A stretch of DNA of 64,000 bases from Anaeromyxobacter sp. (GCA_049840735.1 JASGJN010000020.1:640001-704000); one strand, 5' to 3'; positions 1 to 10,645 are shown, counted from the first letter of the stretch. Notes: generated from the letters alone by a model not told the origin. Made by a program: numbers and translations.

Positions 1-388
1 CGCCCAGCTTGCCGCGCTGGCCGCTCAGCCCCAGCGCGGCGCTGGGGTTCCCGGAGAGGGCGCCGTCGGTGGCGCCGTCGTTGTCCACGTCCTGTCCCAC
101 CAGGTCGCCGCCCGTGGGCGTGCGGAAGGAGAAGGCGCAGTCCAGGGCCCAGCTCCGCTCCAGGTGACGGTCGCGGTTCGCGACCGAGGCCGGGTTGATG
201 GTGGCCCCGTTCAGCCCCTCCCCCACCGCCACGAAGGCGCCGCCCAGGCCCACCACGCGGGCGCTGTTGGCGCCCATGGCGGCGTAGGCGTCCACCGGCT
301 GGCGCCCGTCGAACGGATCGGCGCCGGCCGGCGCGGCGGCCAGCAGCAGCGGGAGGGCGAGGAGCTGGGCGCGCGCGCTCGGCACCAC
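1..388 (-). CDS. Outer-membrane beta-barrel protein, FadL/PorV-like N-terminus (partial, runs off window start)
   Basis: Manual translation from GTG at 388: signal peptide (AQLLALPLLLAAAPAGA) then SARVVGLGGAFVAVGEGLNGATINPAS, resembling the 'R..GMGGA..A....NPA' start of FadL/PorV-type barrels. Not in the ORF track. Confidence 0.55.
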   Translation of the reverse strand, partial: MVPSARAQLLALPLLLAAAPAGADPFDGRQPVDAYAAMGANSARVVGLGGAFVAVGEGLNGATINPASVANRDRHLERSWALDCAFSFRTPTGGDLVGQDVDNDGATDGALSGNPSAALGLSGQRGKLG

Positions 389-434
389 CCCAGCCTAGAC
401 CGGCCGGGGCCGCGCTGAGAAGGGCCGGCGCGGC

Positions 435-1268
435 TCAGGGGAAGACGTCCTGCGGCGGCGTCCCACCCAGCTCCGGATGCAGCCGGGCGTGGACCTCGAG
501 CAGCGTCTCGACCGCGCGGCGCCCCGCCTCGCCCAGGTCGAGCGAGAAGTCGTTCACGTAGAGCGCGATGTGCTGGCGCATGACCTGCTCGTCGAGCTCC
601 TGCGCGTGGCGGCGGACGTAGTCCGGGACCGCCGGCTCGGCGCGCCGCGCGGCCAGCAGGCTCTCGCGGATGAGCCGCTCCACCTGCCCGGCCACGCCCG
701 GCGGCAGCGTGCGACGGGCCACGATGCCGCCCAGCGGGATGGGGGCGCGCGTCACCTGCTCCCAGTGCTCGCCCAGGTCCATCAGCCGGGCCAGCCCGCG
801 GGACGCGTAGGTGAAGCGGCCCTCGTGGATGATCACGCCGGCGTCCACCTCGCCCTGCGCCACCGCCGCCTCGATCTCGGAGAAGACCATGAAGCGCTTC
901 TGCCGCGCCTGCGGGAAGGCCAGCGAGAAGAGGAGGTGCGCGGTGGTCTGGCGTCCGGGGATGGCCACGGTCATGGCCTCCGGCCGGAAGGCGCCCAGGC
1001 CCGGCCGCGCCACCAGCAGCGGCCCCACGCCCATCCCCAGCGCGCCGCCCGAGGCGAGCAGCGCGTAGGTGCGGGTCACCTCCGGCAGGACCCCGTAGCT
1101 GATCTTGGAGACGTCCAGCTTCCCGGCCACCGCCCACTCGTTGAGCGTCTGCACGTCCGCGAGCACCGGCTCGAAGGTGAGGCCGCCGGTGTCGAGGCCG
1201 CCGTTCACCAGCGCGTCGAAGATGAACGTGTCGTTGGGGCAGGGCGAGAAGCCGAGGGTCAGCCGCAT
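435..1268 (-). CDS. mqnD: 1,4-dihydroxy-6-naphthoate synthase (futalosine menaquinone pathway)
   Basis: MRLTLGFSPCPNDTFIF, GGALG.GVGPL, IIHEGRFTY, PIPLGG, HIALYVNDFS motifs; ATG at 1268 inside ORF 435..1673. Confidence 0.9.
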   Translation of the reverse strand: MRLTLGFSPCPNDTFIFDALVNGGLDTGGLTFEPVLADVQTLNEWAVAGKLDVSKISYGVLPEVTRTYALLASGGALGMGVGPLLVARPGLGAFRPEAMTVAIPGRQTTAHLLFSLAFPQARQKRFMVFSEIEAAVAQGEVDAGVIIHEGRFTYASRGLARLMDLGEHWEQVTRAPIPLGGIVARRTLPPGVAGQVERLIRESLLAARRAEPAVPDYVRRHAQELDEQVMRQHIALYVNDFSLDLGEAGRRAVETLLEVHARLHPELGGTPPQDVFP

Positions 1269-1281
1269 GGCGAGGGATCTC

Positions 1282-2202
1282 CTACACGACGCGGCGCCGC
1301 CGCGCCACCCGCGGCGGGGACGCCTCGCCGCGCAGCCGCGGCCCGGCCTCCGCGAGGACGCGGGCCAGGAAGGCCAGCCCGGCCTGGTTCCGCGGGGAGC
1401 GGCGCAGCTCGCCGTGCACCACCAGCCAGAGCTCGCGGGTGCGGACCTCCGCCCCCAGCCGCGCCAGCCCCGGGGACCCGTCACCGAGGAAGCAGGGCAG
1501 CACGCCGGCCCCCAGCCCCGCCTCCACCGCGGCCAGGAGCGCGAAGGCGCCGCTGGCCCGCAGCACAACCGCGCCGCCAGGCACCTCGTCCACCCACGCC
1601 AGCGGCGCCGAGCTGCGGGCCAGCTCCGGGATGTAGCCCACCAGCGGCCGCCCCTCCAGCCCGCCGGGCGCACCCCGCCGCCCGGCCGCGGCGCGCGCGA
1701 CGTAAGGGGCGAAGGCCAGGGTGCCGGCCCGGCGGATCACCAGCCCCGGCTCCGCCGGGCGGAACAGCCGGACGGCCAGATCGGCCTCGCGCCGCGAGAG
1801 GCTCACCGGCTCGTTGCCGGTCACCAGCTCGACCCGGAGGCCCGGGTGGGCGGCCGTCAGCTCGCCCAGGCGTGGCGCCAGCACCCGGGCGGCCAGGGCC
1901 TCCGTGGCGGCGATGCGGAGCGTGCCCGTGACCTCGGCCTCCCCGGCGCGCGGCTCCAGCGCCAGCGCGGCCTCGTCCATGCGCCGGGCCGCCTCCAGCG
2001 CGCGGAGCCCGGCGCCGGTGAGCGTGACCCGCCCCGGCGGCCCCTCCAGCAGCGGCGCCCCCACCGCCTCGCGCAGCGCGCGCAGCCGGCGGCCCACCGT
2101 GGCCGGGTCCACGCCCAGGCGGCGGGCGGCGCGGGCGAAGGAGCCCGCCTGGTGCGCGGCCAGGAGGAAGCGGAGGTCGTCCCAGTCGATCCTGGATTGC
2201 AT
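1282..2202 (-). CDS. LysR-family transcriptional regulator
   Basis: MQSRIDWDDLRFLLAAHQAGSFARAARRLGVDPATVGRRL HTH; substrate domain GTLRI...LSRREADLAVRL. Confidence 0.9.
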   Translation of the reverse strand: MQSRIDWDDLRFLLAAHQAGSFARAARRLGVDPATVGRRLRALREAVGAPLLEGPPGRVTLTGAGLRALEAARRMDEAALALEPRAGEAEVTGTLRIAATEALAARVLAPRLGELTAAHPGLRVELVTGNEPVSLSRREADLAVRLFRPAEPGLVIRRAGTLAFAPYVARAAAGRRGAPGGLEGRPLVGYIPELARSSAPLAWVDEVPGGAVVLRASGAFALLAAVEAGLGAGVLPCFLGDGSPGLARLGAEVRTRELWLVVHGELRRSPRNQAGLAFLARVLAEAGPRLRGEASPPRVARRRRVV

Positions 2203-2211
2203 TCCTGCAAT
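2196..2211. promoter_or_regulatory. Putative LysR binding site (T-N11-A dyad)
   Basis: ATTGCA-TTCC-TGCAAT palindrome overlapping the LysR start codon in the divergent region. Confidence 0.45.
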
Positions 2212-2268
2212 GCTAGCCCTGCGCAGGATCGCATTCCAGCGGCGGCGCGGGTGCGGCAGGGTACGGCC

Positions 2269-2841
2269 ATGACCCTGCTCGACCGCGTCCGCGACCTCGT
2301 CCGCTCGGAGTGCCTCGCCCCGACCAACGCCTTCGGCCCCGTCTTCCTGGAGGAGCACCTGGGGGTGGTGGCCGCCCTGTGCCGCCGGCTCGGCCCTCCG
2401 CTCGGCGCCGATCCGGTCCGCCTCGAGCTGGCGGCCTGGCTGCACGACCTCGCCGCCGTGCGCGACCTCGGCTGCCTCACCACCCACGCCGAGGCGGGCG
2501 CGGCGCTGGCCCGGGAGGTCCTGCCCCGGCTCGGCGCGCCGGAGGCGGACGTACAGGCGGTGAGCGCCGCCATCGCCGCCCACTCCGCGCCGGTCCAGCC
2601 CGGTGCCGGGCCCGCCGAGGCCGTGGCCCTGGCCGCCGCCGACGTGCTCTCGCACCTGGAGCGGCCCGCCTACTGGTTCCACTACCTGTACCGGGTCCGC
2701 GGCATGGATCTGGCCTGCGCCCTGGCCTGGTGGCGCGGCCGGGTGGAGGGCGCCTACCCGCAGCTGCCGCCCGCGGCCCGCGCGGTGGGGGCCGAGGCGC
2801 ACGCCAGGGCGGCGTGGCTGCTGGAGGCGCCGCGGAGGTAG
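2269..2841 (+). CDS. HD-domain metal-dependent phosphohydrolase
   Basis: H (EEHLG), HD (AAWLHDLA), HAEAGA, IAAHS, D (AADVL) pattern. Confidence 0.75.
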   Translation: MTLLDRVRDLVRSECLAPTNAFGPVFLEEHLGVVAALCRRLGPPLGADPVRLELAAWLHDLAAVRDLGCLTTHAEAGAALAREVLPRLGAPEADVQAVSAAIAAHSAPVQPGAGPAEAVALAAADVLSHLERPAYWFHYLYRVRGMDLACALAWWRGRVEGAYPQLPPAARAVGAEAHARAAWLLEAPRR

Positions 2842-2923
2842 CGCGGGCGGTACGCGCAGCTCGGCCTGCCCGCCGCGCCCGCCAGCAGGCCCCCAGTCCC
2901 GCCCGCGTGGCCAACAGCGCCCC

Positions 2924-3804
2924 TCACGCCCACCTCTTCACCCTCCCCTCCCAGTCCAGCCCCATCCCCTGGCACCAGCGAAGGAACGGTTCCCTCGGCA
3001 CGCCCCCCCAGCGCAGAAATCGTCCAGCCCCTCCGTCTCCGGCAACGGCGCCTCGCGCACCAGCGTGGCCAGCGTTCGATACAGCCGAGCCTGCTCCGCG
3101 TGCGCGGCCAGCGCCTCCGCCAACCCGGGCGCCCCGCGGATGCCAGCCGGCCAGCGCAGCGCCAGCGGCGGGATCTGCTCCAGGTGCAGGTACTCCCCCA
3201 GGAGCCGGCTGGCCGTCTTCTCCCCGAACCCCGGCACCCCGGGGATCCCGTCGGCGTCGTCGCCCACCAGCGCCAGGAAGTCCGGCACGCTCTCCGGCCG
3301 GATCCCGCGGCGCTCCAGCAGCGCGGCCTCGTCGATCTCCCGCTCGCGCATCCGGTCCACCTGCACCACCCGCCGGCCCTCCAGGCATTGCCCCAGGTCC
3401 TTGTCCGGGGTGAGGATCCGCACCTGCTCCACCTGGTCCTTGAAGCGGGCCGCCCCGGTGGCCAGGGCGTCGTCCGCCTCGTGCTCGCGCATCGACCAGA
3501 CCCGCACGCCCAGCGCCCGCACCGCCTCCTCCGCCGCGTCGAACTGCGCCAGCAGCTCCTCCGGCACGCCCTCGTCGGTCTTGTAGCCGTCGAACAGGTC
3601 GTTGCGGAACGAGCGGATGGGGTTGTCGAAGGCCACCGCCACGTGGGTCACCGCCTCGCCGGCGTCGTGCAGCAGCGCCAGCACCGAGCCGGCCAGCCCA
3701 GCCGTCGCCTTCACCTCCCGGCCGTCCGGCGTGAGGTGGCCCGGACGGCGGGTGAAGTGGGCCCGGAACAGCTCGTAGGTGCCGTCGACCAGGTGCAGGC
3801 GCAT
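2924..3804 (-). CDS. 5'-3' exonuclease/flap endonuclease (stand-alone PolI N-terminal-like); apparent frameshift near 3017
   Basis: LHLVDGTYELFRA, EADDALAT, TPDKDL, LVGDDADGIPGVPGFGEKTA H3TH; more plausible C-terminus (LRWGGVPREPFLRWC...KRWA*) lies in the frame ending at 2924. Confidence 0.85.
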
Positions 3805-3918
3805 GGCTTCCTCTTAGCGCACCCGCCGTCCCGCCGCCCGCGCGAGGCGCCCATCGGGGCCCTCCCCTCCGCGGCCGGTTTCGGTGAGGCTGCCGGCTGC
3901 AACCTGGGAGGAGCTCAC

Positions 3919-4287
3919 ATGGCCGAGGAGAAGACCTACAGCGGCGGCTGCCACTGCGGCGCCGTCCGGTACGAGGTGCGGCTCACGCTCGAGACCGTCG
4001 TCACCTGCAATTGCACCATCTGCCACAAGACCGGAACCGTGCTGGGCTTCGCGCCGGCGGCCGCGTTCCAGCTCCGCTCGGGCGAGGAGGCGCTGACCGA
4101 CTACCAGTTCGGCAAGAACAGGATCCACCACCTCTTCTGCAGCCGCTGCGGCATCCGCTCGTTCACCCGCGGCATCGGGCGCGACGGTTCGCCGATGGTG
4201 GCCATCAACCTGCGCTGCACCGACGACCTCGACCTGGCCGCGCTCACGCCGCGCGCCTTCGACGGGCGGAGCCTGCCCGCGACCTGA
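3919..4287 (+). CDS. GFA/CENP-V family Zn protein
   Basis: YSGGCHCGAVRY, CNCTIC, FCSRCGI; GGAGG RBS upstream. Confidence 0.9.
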   Translation: MAEEKTYSGGCHCGAVRYEVRLTLETVVTCNCTICHKTGTVLGFAPAAAFQLRSGEEALTDYQFGKNRIHHLFCSRCGIRSFTRGIGRDGSPMVAINLRCTDDLDLAALTPRAFDGRSLPAT

Positions 4288-5433
4288 TCACGGCGCCGGG
4301 GCCGGTGCCGGGCGCGGGATGAGCCGCACCACCAGCAGGAGCGCGGCGGCCAGCGCCGCCACGATGGGCGGCAGCACCCCGATGTCCTGCGCGTCGGCCA
4401 CCCGCCCCACCGCCGAGGGGATGAAGAACCCGCCCAGCGAGGCGAAGACCGCCAGCAGCGCCACCACCTTCCCGGCGTGACCGGGGAACGCCACCGTGGC
4501 GTGCGCCATCACGGTGGGGAAGATGCCGGCCAGCCCCAGGCCGAGCAGGACCACCGCGGCCAGCGTCACCGCCGGCCCCGGGGCGATGGTCCATGCCAGC
4601 CCCACCGCCAGCACCGCCGCCGCCGCCACGCGCACGAAGCGCAGCAGCCCGACGCGGTCGGTGACGGGGGCGCAGACCAGCCGGCCCAGCGTGACCATCA
4701 GCCAGAAGGCGGCCGGGACGAGCGAGGCCGGGACGGCGCTGCCGGGGGCGCGCTGCTCCCAGAAGGTCGTGCTCCAGCCCATCACCGTCACCTCGATGCC
4801 GACGTAGACCGCGATGGCGGCGCTGCAGATCCAGAGCGCGCCGCTGCGGTAGACCGCGGCGGTCTCGTGCACCGCCTCGTGCACGCCCTTCCCCACCGGC
4901 TGGACCAGCAGCGCCACGGTCACCAGCGCCGGGGCGGCCGCGGTCAGGGCCGGCGCCACCCGCCAGTCCCAGCCGCGCTGGACCACCAGCGTGGAGAGCG
5001 CCGGGCCGGCCATGGCCCCCACCCCGTAGAAGAGGTGGAGCAGGTTCATGGAGGTGCCGTGCCCGCCGGCGGTGTGATCCGCCTCCAGCGCGTTGGAGCC
5101 CACCTCGTAGCCGCCGGTGCCCGCCCCCGCGATCACCGAGGTGAGCAGCAGGGAGGCGAACCCGCTCGCCGCCGCGAAGCCGGCCAGCCCGGCGATGATG
5201 AGCAGCCCGCTCACCACCAGGAACGGCTTCTTGCCGAAGCGATCCGCCAGGTGGCCGCCGAAGGGCACCGTCAGGATCATCCCCAGGAACTGCCCGGAGA
5301 AGACCATCCCGGCCTGCAGGTAGCTGAGGTGGATCTGGTCCCGGATGGCCGGGACCAGCGGCGGGACCACGGTCATGGCCATGCCGAGGGCGGCCATGCA
5401 GGCGTACTGGGTGGCGCGGAGCGAGCGGGTCAT
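4288..5433 (-). CDS. MFS transporter
   Basis: About 12 hydrophobic segments; motif A GHLADRFGKK. Confidence 0.85.
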   Translation of the reverse strand: MTRSLRATQYACMAALGMAMTVVPPLVPAIRDQIHLSYLQAGMVFSGQFLGMILTVPFGGHLADRFGKKPFLVVSGLLIIAGLAGFAAASGFASLLLTSVIAGAGTGGYEVGSNALEADHTAGGHGTSMNLLHLFYGVGAMAGPALSTLVVQRGWDWRVAPALTAAAPALVTVALLVQPVGKGVHEAVHETAAVYRSGALWICSAAIAVYVGIEVTVMGWSTTFWEQRAPGSAVPASLVPAAFWLMVTLGRLVCAPVTDRVGLLRFVRVAAAAVLAVGLAWTIAPGPAVTLAAVVLLGLGLAGIFPTVMAHATVAFPGHAGKVVALLAVFASLGGFFIPSAVGRVADAQDIGVLPPIVAALAAALLLVVRLIPRPAPAPAP

Positions 5434-5488
5434 CGGGCGGCGAGGATGCGCCGGACCGCCCGCGCCGTCCACCTGAACCGCGCCCAGG

Positions 5489-6724
5489 TCACGGGCGCGC
5501 GGCGGCGGGCTCCGGCCCTCGCGGCGGCGCACCGGCGCGCACCCACGCCGCCAGCGCCCGCGCCTCCTCGTCCGAGATGAGGCCCGCGTAGCTGGGCATC
5601 TGCGTGCCGGGGCGGGTGGCCTCCGGCCGCAGGATCCAGGCCGCCAGCTCCTCCACCGGCCGCGCGCGGGCGGTGTGGAGCTGCGCCTCGTAGGGCGCGC
5701 CCGGCCCGTGGCAGGCGGCGCAGCCCAGGGTCTGGAAGATCACCTCCGGTCCGCGGCCGCGCTGGACCAGGCCCGGGCGCTCCGCCCGCGCCTCCTCCGG
5801 CACCGTGGTCGGCCGCTCGGGGAGGCTGCGCAGGAAGGCGTGGAGGGCGTGGAGCTCCTCGTCGGTCAGCAGCCGGAAGCGCGGCATGGGCGGGCGGGTC
5901 ACCTCGCCGCGCGGCGTCACGCCCTCGCGCAGCGCGCGGCCCAGGTCTTCCTGCGTCCGGCCGGCCAGGCCGGTGGCGTGGAAGGTGAGGTTGCGCGACC
6001 AGATGGGCTGGCCGGCCGCGTCCTTGAACTCGAAGCCGCCGGAGAAGCCGTCCTTCCCCTCCGCCTTGTCCGGCGCGAAGCCGGGGCTGTGGCAGCCGCC
6101 GCAGTCGTAGATCTCCGCCAGGTAGCGGCCGCGCGCGACCGGCTCGCTGGCCGGCGGCGCCTGGAGGCCGGAGGCCGGGCGGTCGGGCGGCCCGCCCAGG
6201 GTGAGCGCCAGCACCGCGCGCCCCAGGAACGTGAGCGCCGTCTTCCCCGACGGCGTCGGGTCAGGCTCGAAGGTGGGCGCCCCCGAGCGCAGGTAGCCCA
6301 GCACCGCGGCCAGGTCCTCGTCGGAGAGCCCCACGCCCATGATGGTCCGCCGGCCGTCGTGGGTGATCCCGTAGCGGACCACGCGCGCGAGCTCCGCGTC
6401 GGTGCGGGCGCCGATGCCGGCGGTGGGGTGCTGGGTGAGGTTGGCGGAGGCGATGATCCCCAGGGCCGAGGGGACGTCCTCCATCGTCTTGCCGATGGCC
6501 CGCTCGCTGCTGGGCGGGCGGTGGCAGCCGGCGCAGCTCTGCTCGAAGATGCGCCGCCCCACGGCGACCGCCTCCGGGCGGCCGTCGGCGGCGATGGGCG
6601 GATAGGGCGCGTCCCAGGTGCGCCGCGCCCGCCACTCCACGAAGCCCACCAGCCCAGCCACGCCCAGCGCCACCAGCGCCAGCACCCCACCTGCCACGCG
6701 CCGCGCGCGCCTCCAGCTCGCCAT
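5489..6724 (-). CDS. Membrane-anchored triheme c-type cytochrome
   Basis: N-terminal TM helix; three CxxCH motifs (CAGCH, CGGCH, CAACH); NLT motifs and Met-ligand-like PMP/QMP. Confidence 0.85.
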   Translation of the reverse strand: MASWRRARRVAGGVLALVALGVAGLVGFVEWRARRTWDAPYPPIAADGRPEAVAVGRRIFEQSCAGCHRPPSSERAIGKTMEDVPSALGIIASANLTQHPTAGIGARTDAELARVVRYGITHDGRRTIMGVGLSDEDLAAVLGYLRSGAPTFEPDPTPSGKTALTFLGRAVLALTLGGPPDRPASGLQAPPASEPVARGRYLAEIYDCGGCHSPGFAPDKAEGKDGFSGGFEFKDAAGQPIWSRNLTFHATGLAGRTQEDLGRALREGVTPRGEVTRPPMPRFRLLTDEELHALHAFLRSLPERPTTVPEEARAERPGLVQRGRGPEVIFQTLGCAACHGPGAPYEAQLHTARARPVEELAAWILRPEATRPGTQMPSYAGLISDEEARALAAWVRAGAPPRGPEPAAARP

Positions 6725-6850
6725 GTCCCGATCCCTCGCTCCGGCGCGCGACGGCGCGCCCGGCGCGGTCGAGTGCGAGGGCGCGAGCGGGCGCGCAACC
6801 CCGTGGAGGGTCCGTGCCCTTCCTGGGCATGCCCATGCGACGCAACACCC

Positions 6851-8086
6851 TCAGGAGACCGGGAGGTCGGCGCCCGCCAGCGCCGGCTCGCGCGCCGCCG
6901 CCCGCGCCCGGAGGCGCGCGTTCACCTGCAGGACCAGCAGCGGCAGCGCCGAGGCCACCAGCGCCGCCCCCGCCACCAGCCGCGGCATCCCGCCCAGCCG
7001 GCCGTCCGGCGACACCGTCAGCACGCGGGTCGAGAGGGTGGCCCCCAGCGCGCTGGCCAGGTGCTGCACCGCCGACTGCGCCGAGAGGAAGCGGGCCCGC
7101 TCGGCCGGACCGGGCACGCGGGAGGAGAGCGTGGTGATGGAGACGTTGCGCAGCGAGTTGGCGGTCATGAACGCGCCGAAGAAGAGCACCACCGGCAGCC
7201 AGGGCGGTGGGAAGGCCAGGCCGAAGGTCACCACCAGCAGGAAGGCCACCGTGCCGAGCGTGGCCACCGCCGGCGCGCCCAGCCGGTCCACCAGCCGGCC
7301 GCTGGCGCGCAGCATGAAGAAGGAGACCACGCCGCCGATCAGGTAGGCCAGGCTCAGCCGCTCGCGCGGGAAGCGCAGGTTGAACTGCACGAAGGCGGAG
7401 AAGTTGGGGATGAGGGCGAAGCCGGAGAGCATCGAGGTGGCGGTGGCGGTGAGCGAGAAGAGCGCGATGGGCCGACGCAGGAGCCGCCCCGCCCCGGCCG
7501 GCGCCGCGCCGCTCCTGAGGTGCGCCGTCATGGGCGGCATGAGCCGCACCGCCGCCCCGGCCAGCACCACGCCCAGCGCGGCCACGCCGAAGAACGGCGT
7601 GCGCCACGAGCCCAGGCGCGCCGCCTCCAGCCCCAAGGGCACGCCCAGCACCGAGGCCACCGAGAAGGCCCCCATCACCGCCCCCAGCGCCCGGCCGCGC
7701 CGCTCGGCCGGGACCGCGTCGGCCACGATGGAGATGGAGAGCGCCGTGGCCGGACCGCCGAACGCGCCGGCGATGATCCGCGCCAGCACCATGGTGCCGA
7801 GGCCGCTGGCCAGGCCGCCAGCGGCGGTGCCCGCCACCAGCCCCAGCATGGCCACCGCCAGCGCCTTGCGGCGGTCGAAGCGGTCGAGGAAGGCCGCGCC
7901 CAGCATCCCCGCCACCGCGGCCGCGCCGGTGTAGGCGCCGCCGATCAGGCCGAGCTGCGAGGAGGGGATGCCCAGGGCCTGGGCGAAGTCCGGCCCCAGG
8001 GGCATGACCATCATGAAATCCAGGACGTTGATGAACTGCACCGCCCCGACGAGGAAGAGGAGCGTCCGCTCCGAGACCGTCCGCAC
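6851..8086 (-). CDS. MFS transporter (drug/H+ antiporter-like)
   Basis: QFINVLDFMMVMPLGP, DRFDRRKAL, GRLVDRLG; 12-TM pattern. Confidence 0.9.
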   Translation of the reverse strand: MRTVSERTLLFLVGAVQFINVLDFMMVMPLGPDFAQALGIPSSQLGLIGGAYTGAAAVAGMLGAAFLDRFDRRKALAVAMLGLVAGTAAGGLASGLGTMVLARIIAGAFGGPATALSISIVADAVPAERRGRALGAVMGAFSVASVLGVPLGLEAARLGSWRTPFFGVAALGVVLAGAAVRLMPPMTAHLRSGAAPAGAGRLLRRPIALFSLTATATSMLSGFALIPNFSAFVQFNLRFPRERLSLAYLIGGVVSFFMLRASGRLVDRLGAPAVATLGTVAFLLVVTFGLAFPPPWLPVVLFFGAFMTANSLRNVSITTLSSRVPGPAERARFLSAQSAVQHLASALGATLSTRVLTVSPDGRLGGMPRLVAGAALVASALPLLVLQVNARLRARAAAREPALAGADLPVS

Positions 8087-8190
8087 GGCGGGGTTCTACC
8101 GCGGAGCCGGCCCGGCCGCCGCACCGAGTCCGCGGCAGGTCGAGATCACCGGGGTATTCCCCTGCCCTCCCAGGCTGCAGCCGGCTCCAC

Positions 8191-9160
8191 TCACCGGCTC
8201 CGCGAGGGCAGGTCCACGCTGTTGTCCGCCCCCGCGCCCACCGTCACCCCCAGCGCGCCGGGCGCGTAGCTCCGGCCGCGCTCGCGCAGCTCCACCGCGC
8301 TGGGCTGGCGCGGCGGCGGTGGCTCCGCGGGGACGCCGGCCTGCGCCTTCGCCCGCATCATCTGGCGCACCGATCGCCAGGTGGTCCAGCCCGCGAACGC
8401 CAGCGCGCCCACCCCCACCAGCTCGGCGGCCAGCGCCGGCGGGGACGCCGCTGACCGGCGGCGCTCCAGGCCGAGCTCCGCCAGCCCCGGCCAGCGGCGG
8501 CGCCGCAGCCCCTCCCACGCGGCCACCGCGGCCGCGCCGGCCAGCGCGTAGGCCCCCACCTGACCGCCCGTCGCGCCCCAGCGCGCCCGGCGGCTGGCCG
8601 GCGCGAGCTCGCGCGGTGCCGTGGCCTCGAACAGATCGATGGCGGCGGCCGAGAACGCGGCCACGTCCTGCGGCCCGCGGCTGGTCACCCAGCGGCCGTC
8701 GTGGACCACCGGCTCGTCCACCCAGCTCGCGCCGGCGTTCTTCACGTCGTCGGCGATGCCCGGCCAGGAGGCCAGCTTGCGGCCGGCCACCAGGCCCGCC
8801 GAGATGAGCACCTGCGGCCCGTGGCAGATGGCTGCGATGGGGCGCGCCAGCCGCTCGAAGTCGCGCACGAAGGCCCGCACGTCGGCGCTCTGCCGGAGCA
8901 GGTCCGGGTTGGTGAAGCCCCCAGGGATGACCAGCGCGCCGTACTGCTCCGGGCGCGCCGCCCCGACGGTTCTCGTCCACGGCCAGCCTGGCGCCGCGCC
9001 AGAGGAAGTTCATGCCCCGCACGTGGCCCGGGCGCACCGAGAGCACCCGCACGTCCGCCCCGGCCCGCCTCAGCGCCTGGAGCGGCCAGGTCACCTCGAT
9101 CTGCTCGAAGCCGTCTGCCACCAGCATCGCCACCCGCACGCCCCTGAGTCGCCTTGCCAT
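8191..9160 (-). CDS. DJ-1/PfpI family (type 1 glutamine amidotransferase-like) protein with hydrophobic C-terminal extension; frameshift near 8970
   Basis: RVAMLVADGFEQIE in ORF 8096..9172; AAICHGPQVL and WVTSRGPQD in ORF 8191..8880. Confidence 0.8.
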
Positions 9161-9232
9161 GCCTCGGAACATGGCGATGGGCGCGGGGTGCGCAACGCGG
9201 GCGGGGCGGCGCGGGATTGGCCGGTAGCTCGC

Positions 9233-10507
9233 TCAGCGAACGGGCGCGTCGAGCCGGAGGCCGATGGCGTCGTCCTCCCCCTCCGCGGGCGGCTTCACCG
9301 GCAGCACCACGACCAGCCCGCCGCCGTCTCCGACCTGCTGGACCGTCGCGTCGCCGAGCCGAGCGGCCTCCGGCCCGGTCAGCCGGCCGGCGGCCTCCAG
9401 CGCCCCCAGCGACGCCGGCCAGCGGCCGCTGGCTTCACGCTCCGCGCCGGCCGCTGCGGCCAGCACGATCAGGTCGAGCCAGGCCAGGGCCTGGTCCGCC
9501 CGGCGGGCGTACCCGATGAAGTTGCTCGAGCTGGGCAGCGCCTCCGCCCAGGGCAGGCGCGATCTGCGGTCCGCCTGCTGGCGCAGCGCCTCGTCCCGCT
9601 GCCCGGGTGGGAGCGCCATGGCGGCGATCATCTGGTCGTAGTCGTCGCGGCCCGCTCGCCAGAACAGCGGCAGCGCCCAGGGGTGATCGACCTCCAGGTG
9701 GTTGGCCGCCATGGCGGCCGGGCGCGAGCTCAGCTGCGCGCGGAGCGCCTCGGGCAGGCCGTCGCCGTACAGCATCAGCTGCATCTCGACCGCCTCTTCC
9801 CGCATGACGGGCTCGAAGCCCGGGATCGAGTCGCGCAGGGTCCGGACCCGCGCCACCATCGCCTCCCGGGCGCCGGCCGGCAGCTCGGCCCCGACGCGTG
9901 CGCACGACGGCGCGGCGAGCTGGACCACGGCGACGCTCACCATCCTCCCGACCAGGGTCCCGTTCACCGCCAGATCCCGCCCGAGGCCGAGCGCGTCCAG
10001 GCAGTCGCTGGCGGCGGACGCGAAGGCGCCTGCGTCCAGCGCCCGCCTGGCCCGCAGCGCCGCCAGCCGGGCCGCCAGCTGCACCGCCAGGTTCGCGTCG
10101 CCCCAGTCGTAGGGGTACTCCAGCCGCTCGCAGCGGCTGGCGTGAAGCACGGCGTCCAGGTCCGGTCCGGCCTGGACCAGGAGCTGGAGGTAGCTGGCCG
10201 GCGTCTCCCCGGAGGGCCGCGCGCCCGCCAGCACCTCGCGCAACACCCGCTTCGCCTCGTCGTCCCCCTGGCGCGCGTGCTCGGCCAGCGCGGCCCCGTG
10301 CGCCTCCAGGGCCTCCGCCAGCGTCCCGGGCTCCCCCCGCTCCACGTGCAGCGCGCGGGTCCGCCGCGCGCCGAAGGTGGCGTTGGCCTCCTCGACCAGC
10401 TTCGCCGGCAGGTCCCGCGTCCAGAACCGCGGCGCCAGCAGCGCCACCGCGCCGACCACCAGCACCAGCCCGCCGATCCAGCCGGCCCTCACCCAGCTTC
10501 GACGCAT
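9233..10507 (-). CDS. Hypothetical membrane-anchored alpha-helical protein
   Basis: ATG at 10507, N-terminal TM (WIGGLVLVVGAVALLA), normal codon usage; no recognised motif. Confidence 0.65.
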   Translation of the reverse strand: MRRSWVRAGWIGGLVLVVGAVALLAPRFWTRDLPAKLVEEANATFGARRTRALHVERGEPGTLAEALEAHGAALAEHARQGDDEAKRVLREVLAGARPSGETPASYLQLLVQAGPDLDAVLHASRCERLEYPYDWGDANLAVQLAARLAALRARRALDAGAFASAASDCLDALGLGRDLAVNGTLVGRMVSVAVVQLAAPSCARVGAELPAGAREAMVARVRTLRDSIPGFEPVMREEAVEMQLMLYGDGLPEALRAQLSSRPAAMAANHLEVDHPWALPLFWRAGRDDYDQMIAAMALPPGQRDEALRQQADRRSRLPWAEALPSSSNFIGYARRADQALAWLDLIVLAAAAGAEREASGRWPASLGALEAAGRLTGPEAARLGDATVQQVGDGGGLVVVLPVKPPAEGEDDAIGLRLDAPVR

Positions 10508-10645
10508 CGTCAGGTCCCTCTCCCGCCCACATCCTAGCCTGTTCGCAGGCCGAACTGGGTCCCTCCGGCCCCCGCCGCCGCACGGCTGGCCAAGCGGGCC
10601 GTCCGGTGCTCTGATGGCCCGGCACCTCCGCGGCCGGGAGTCCCC

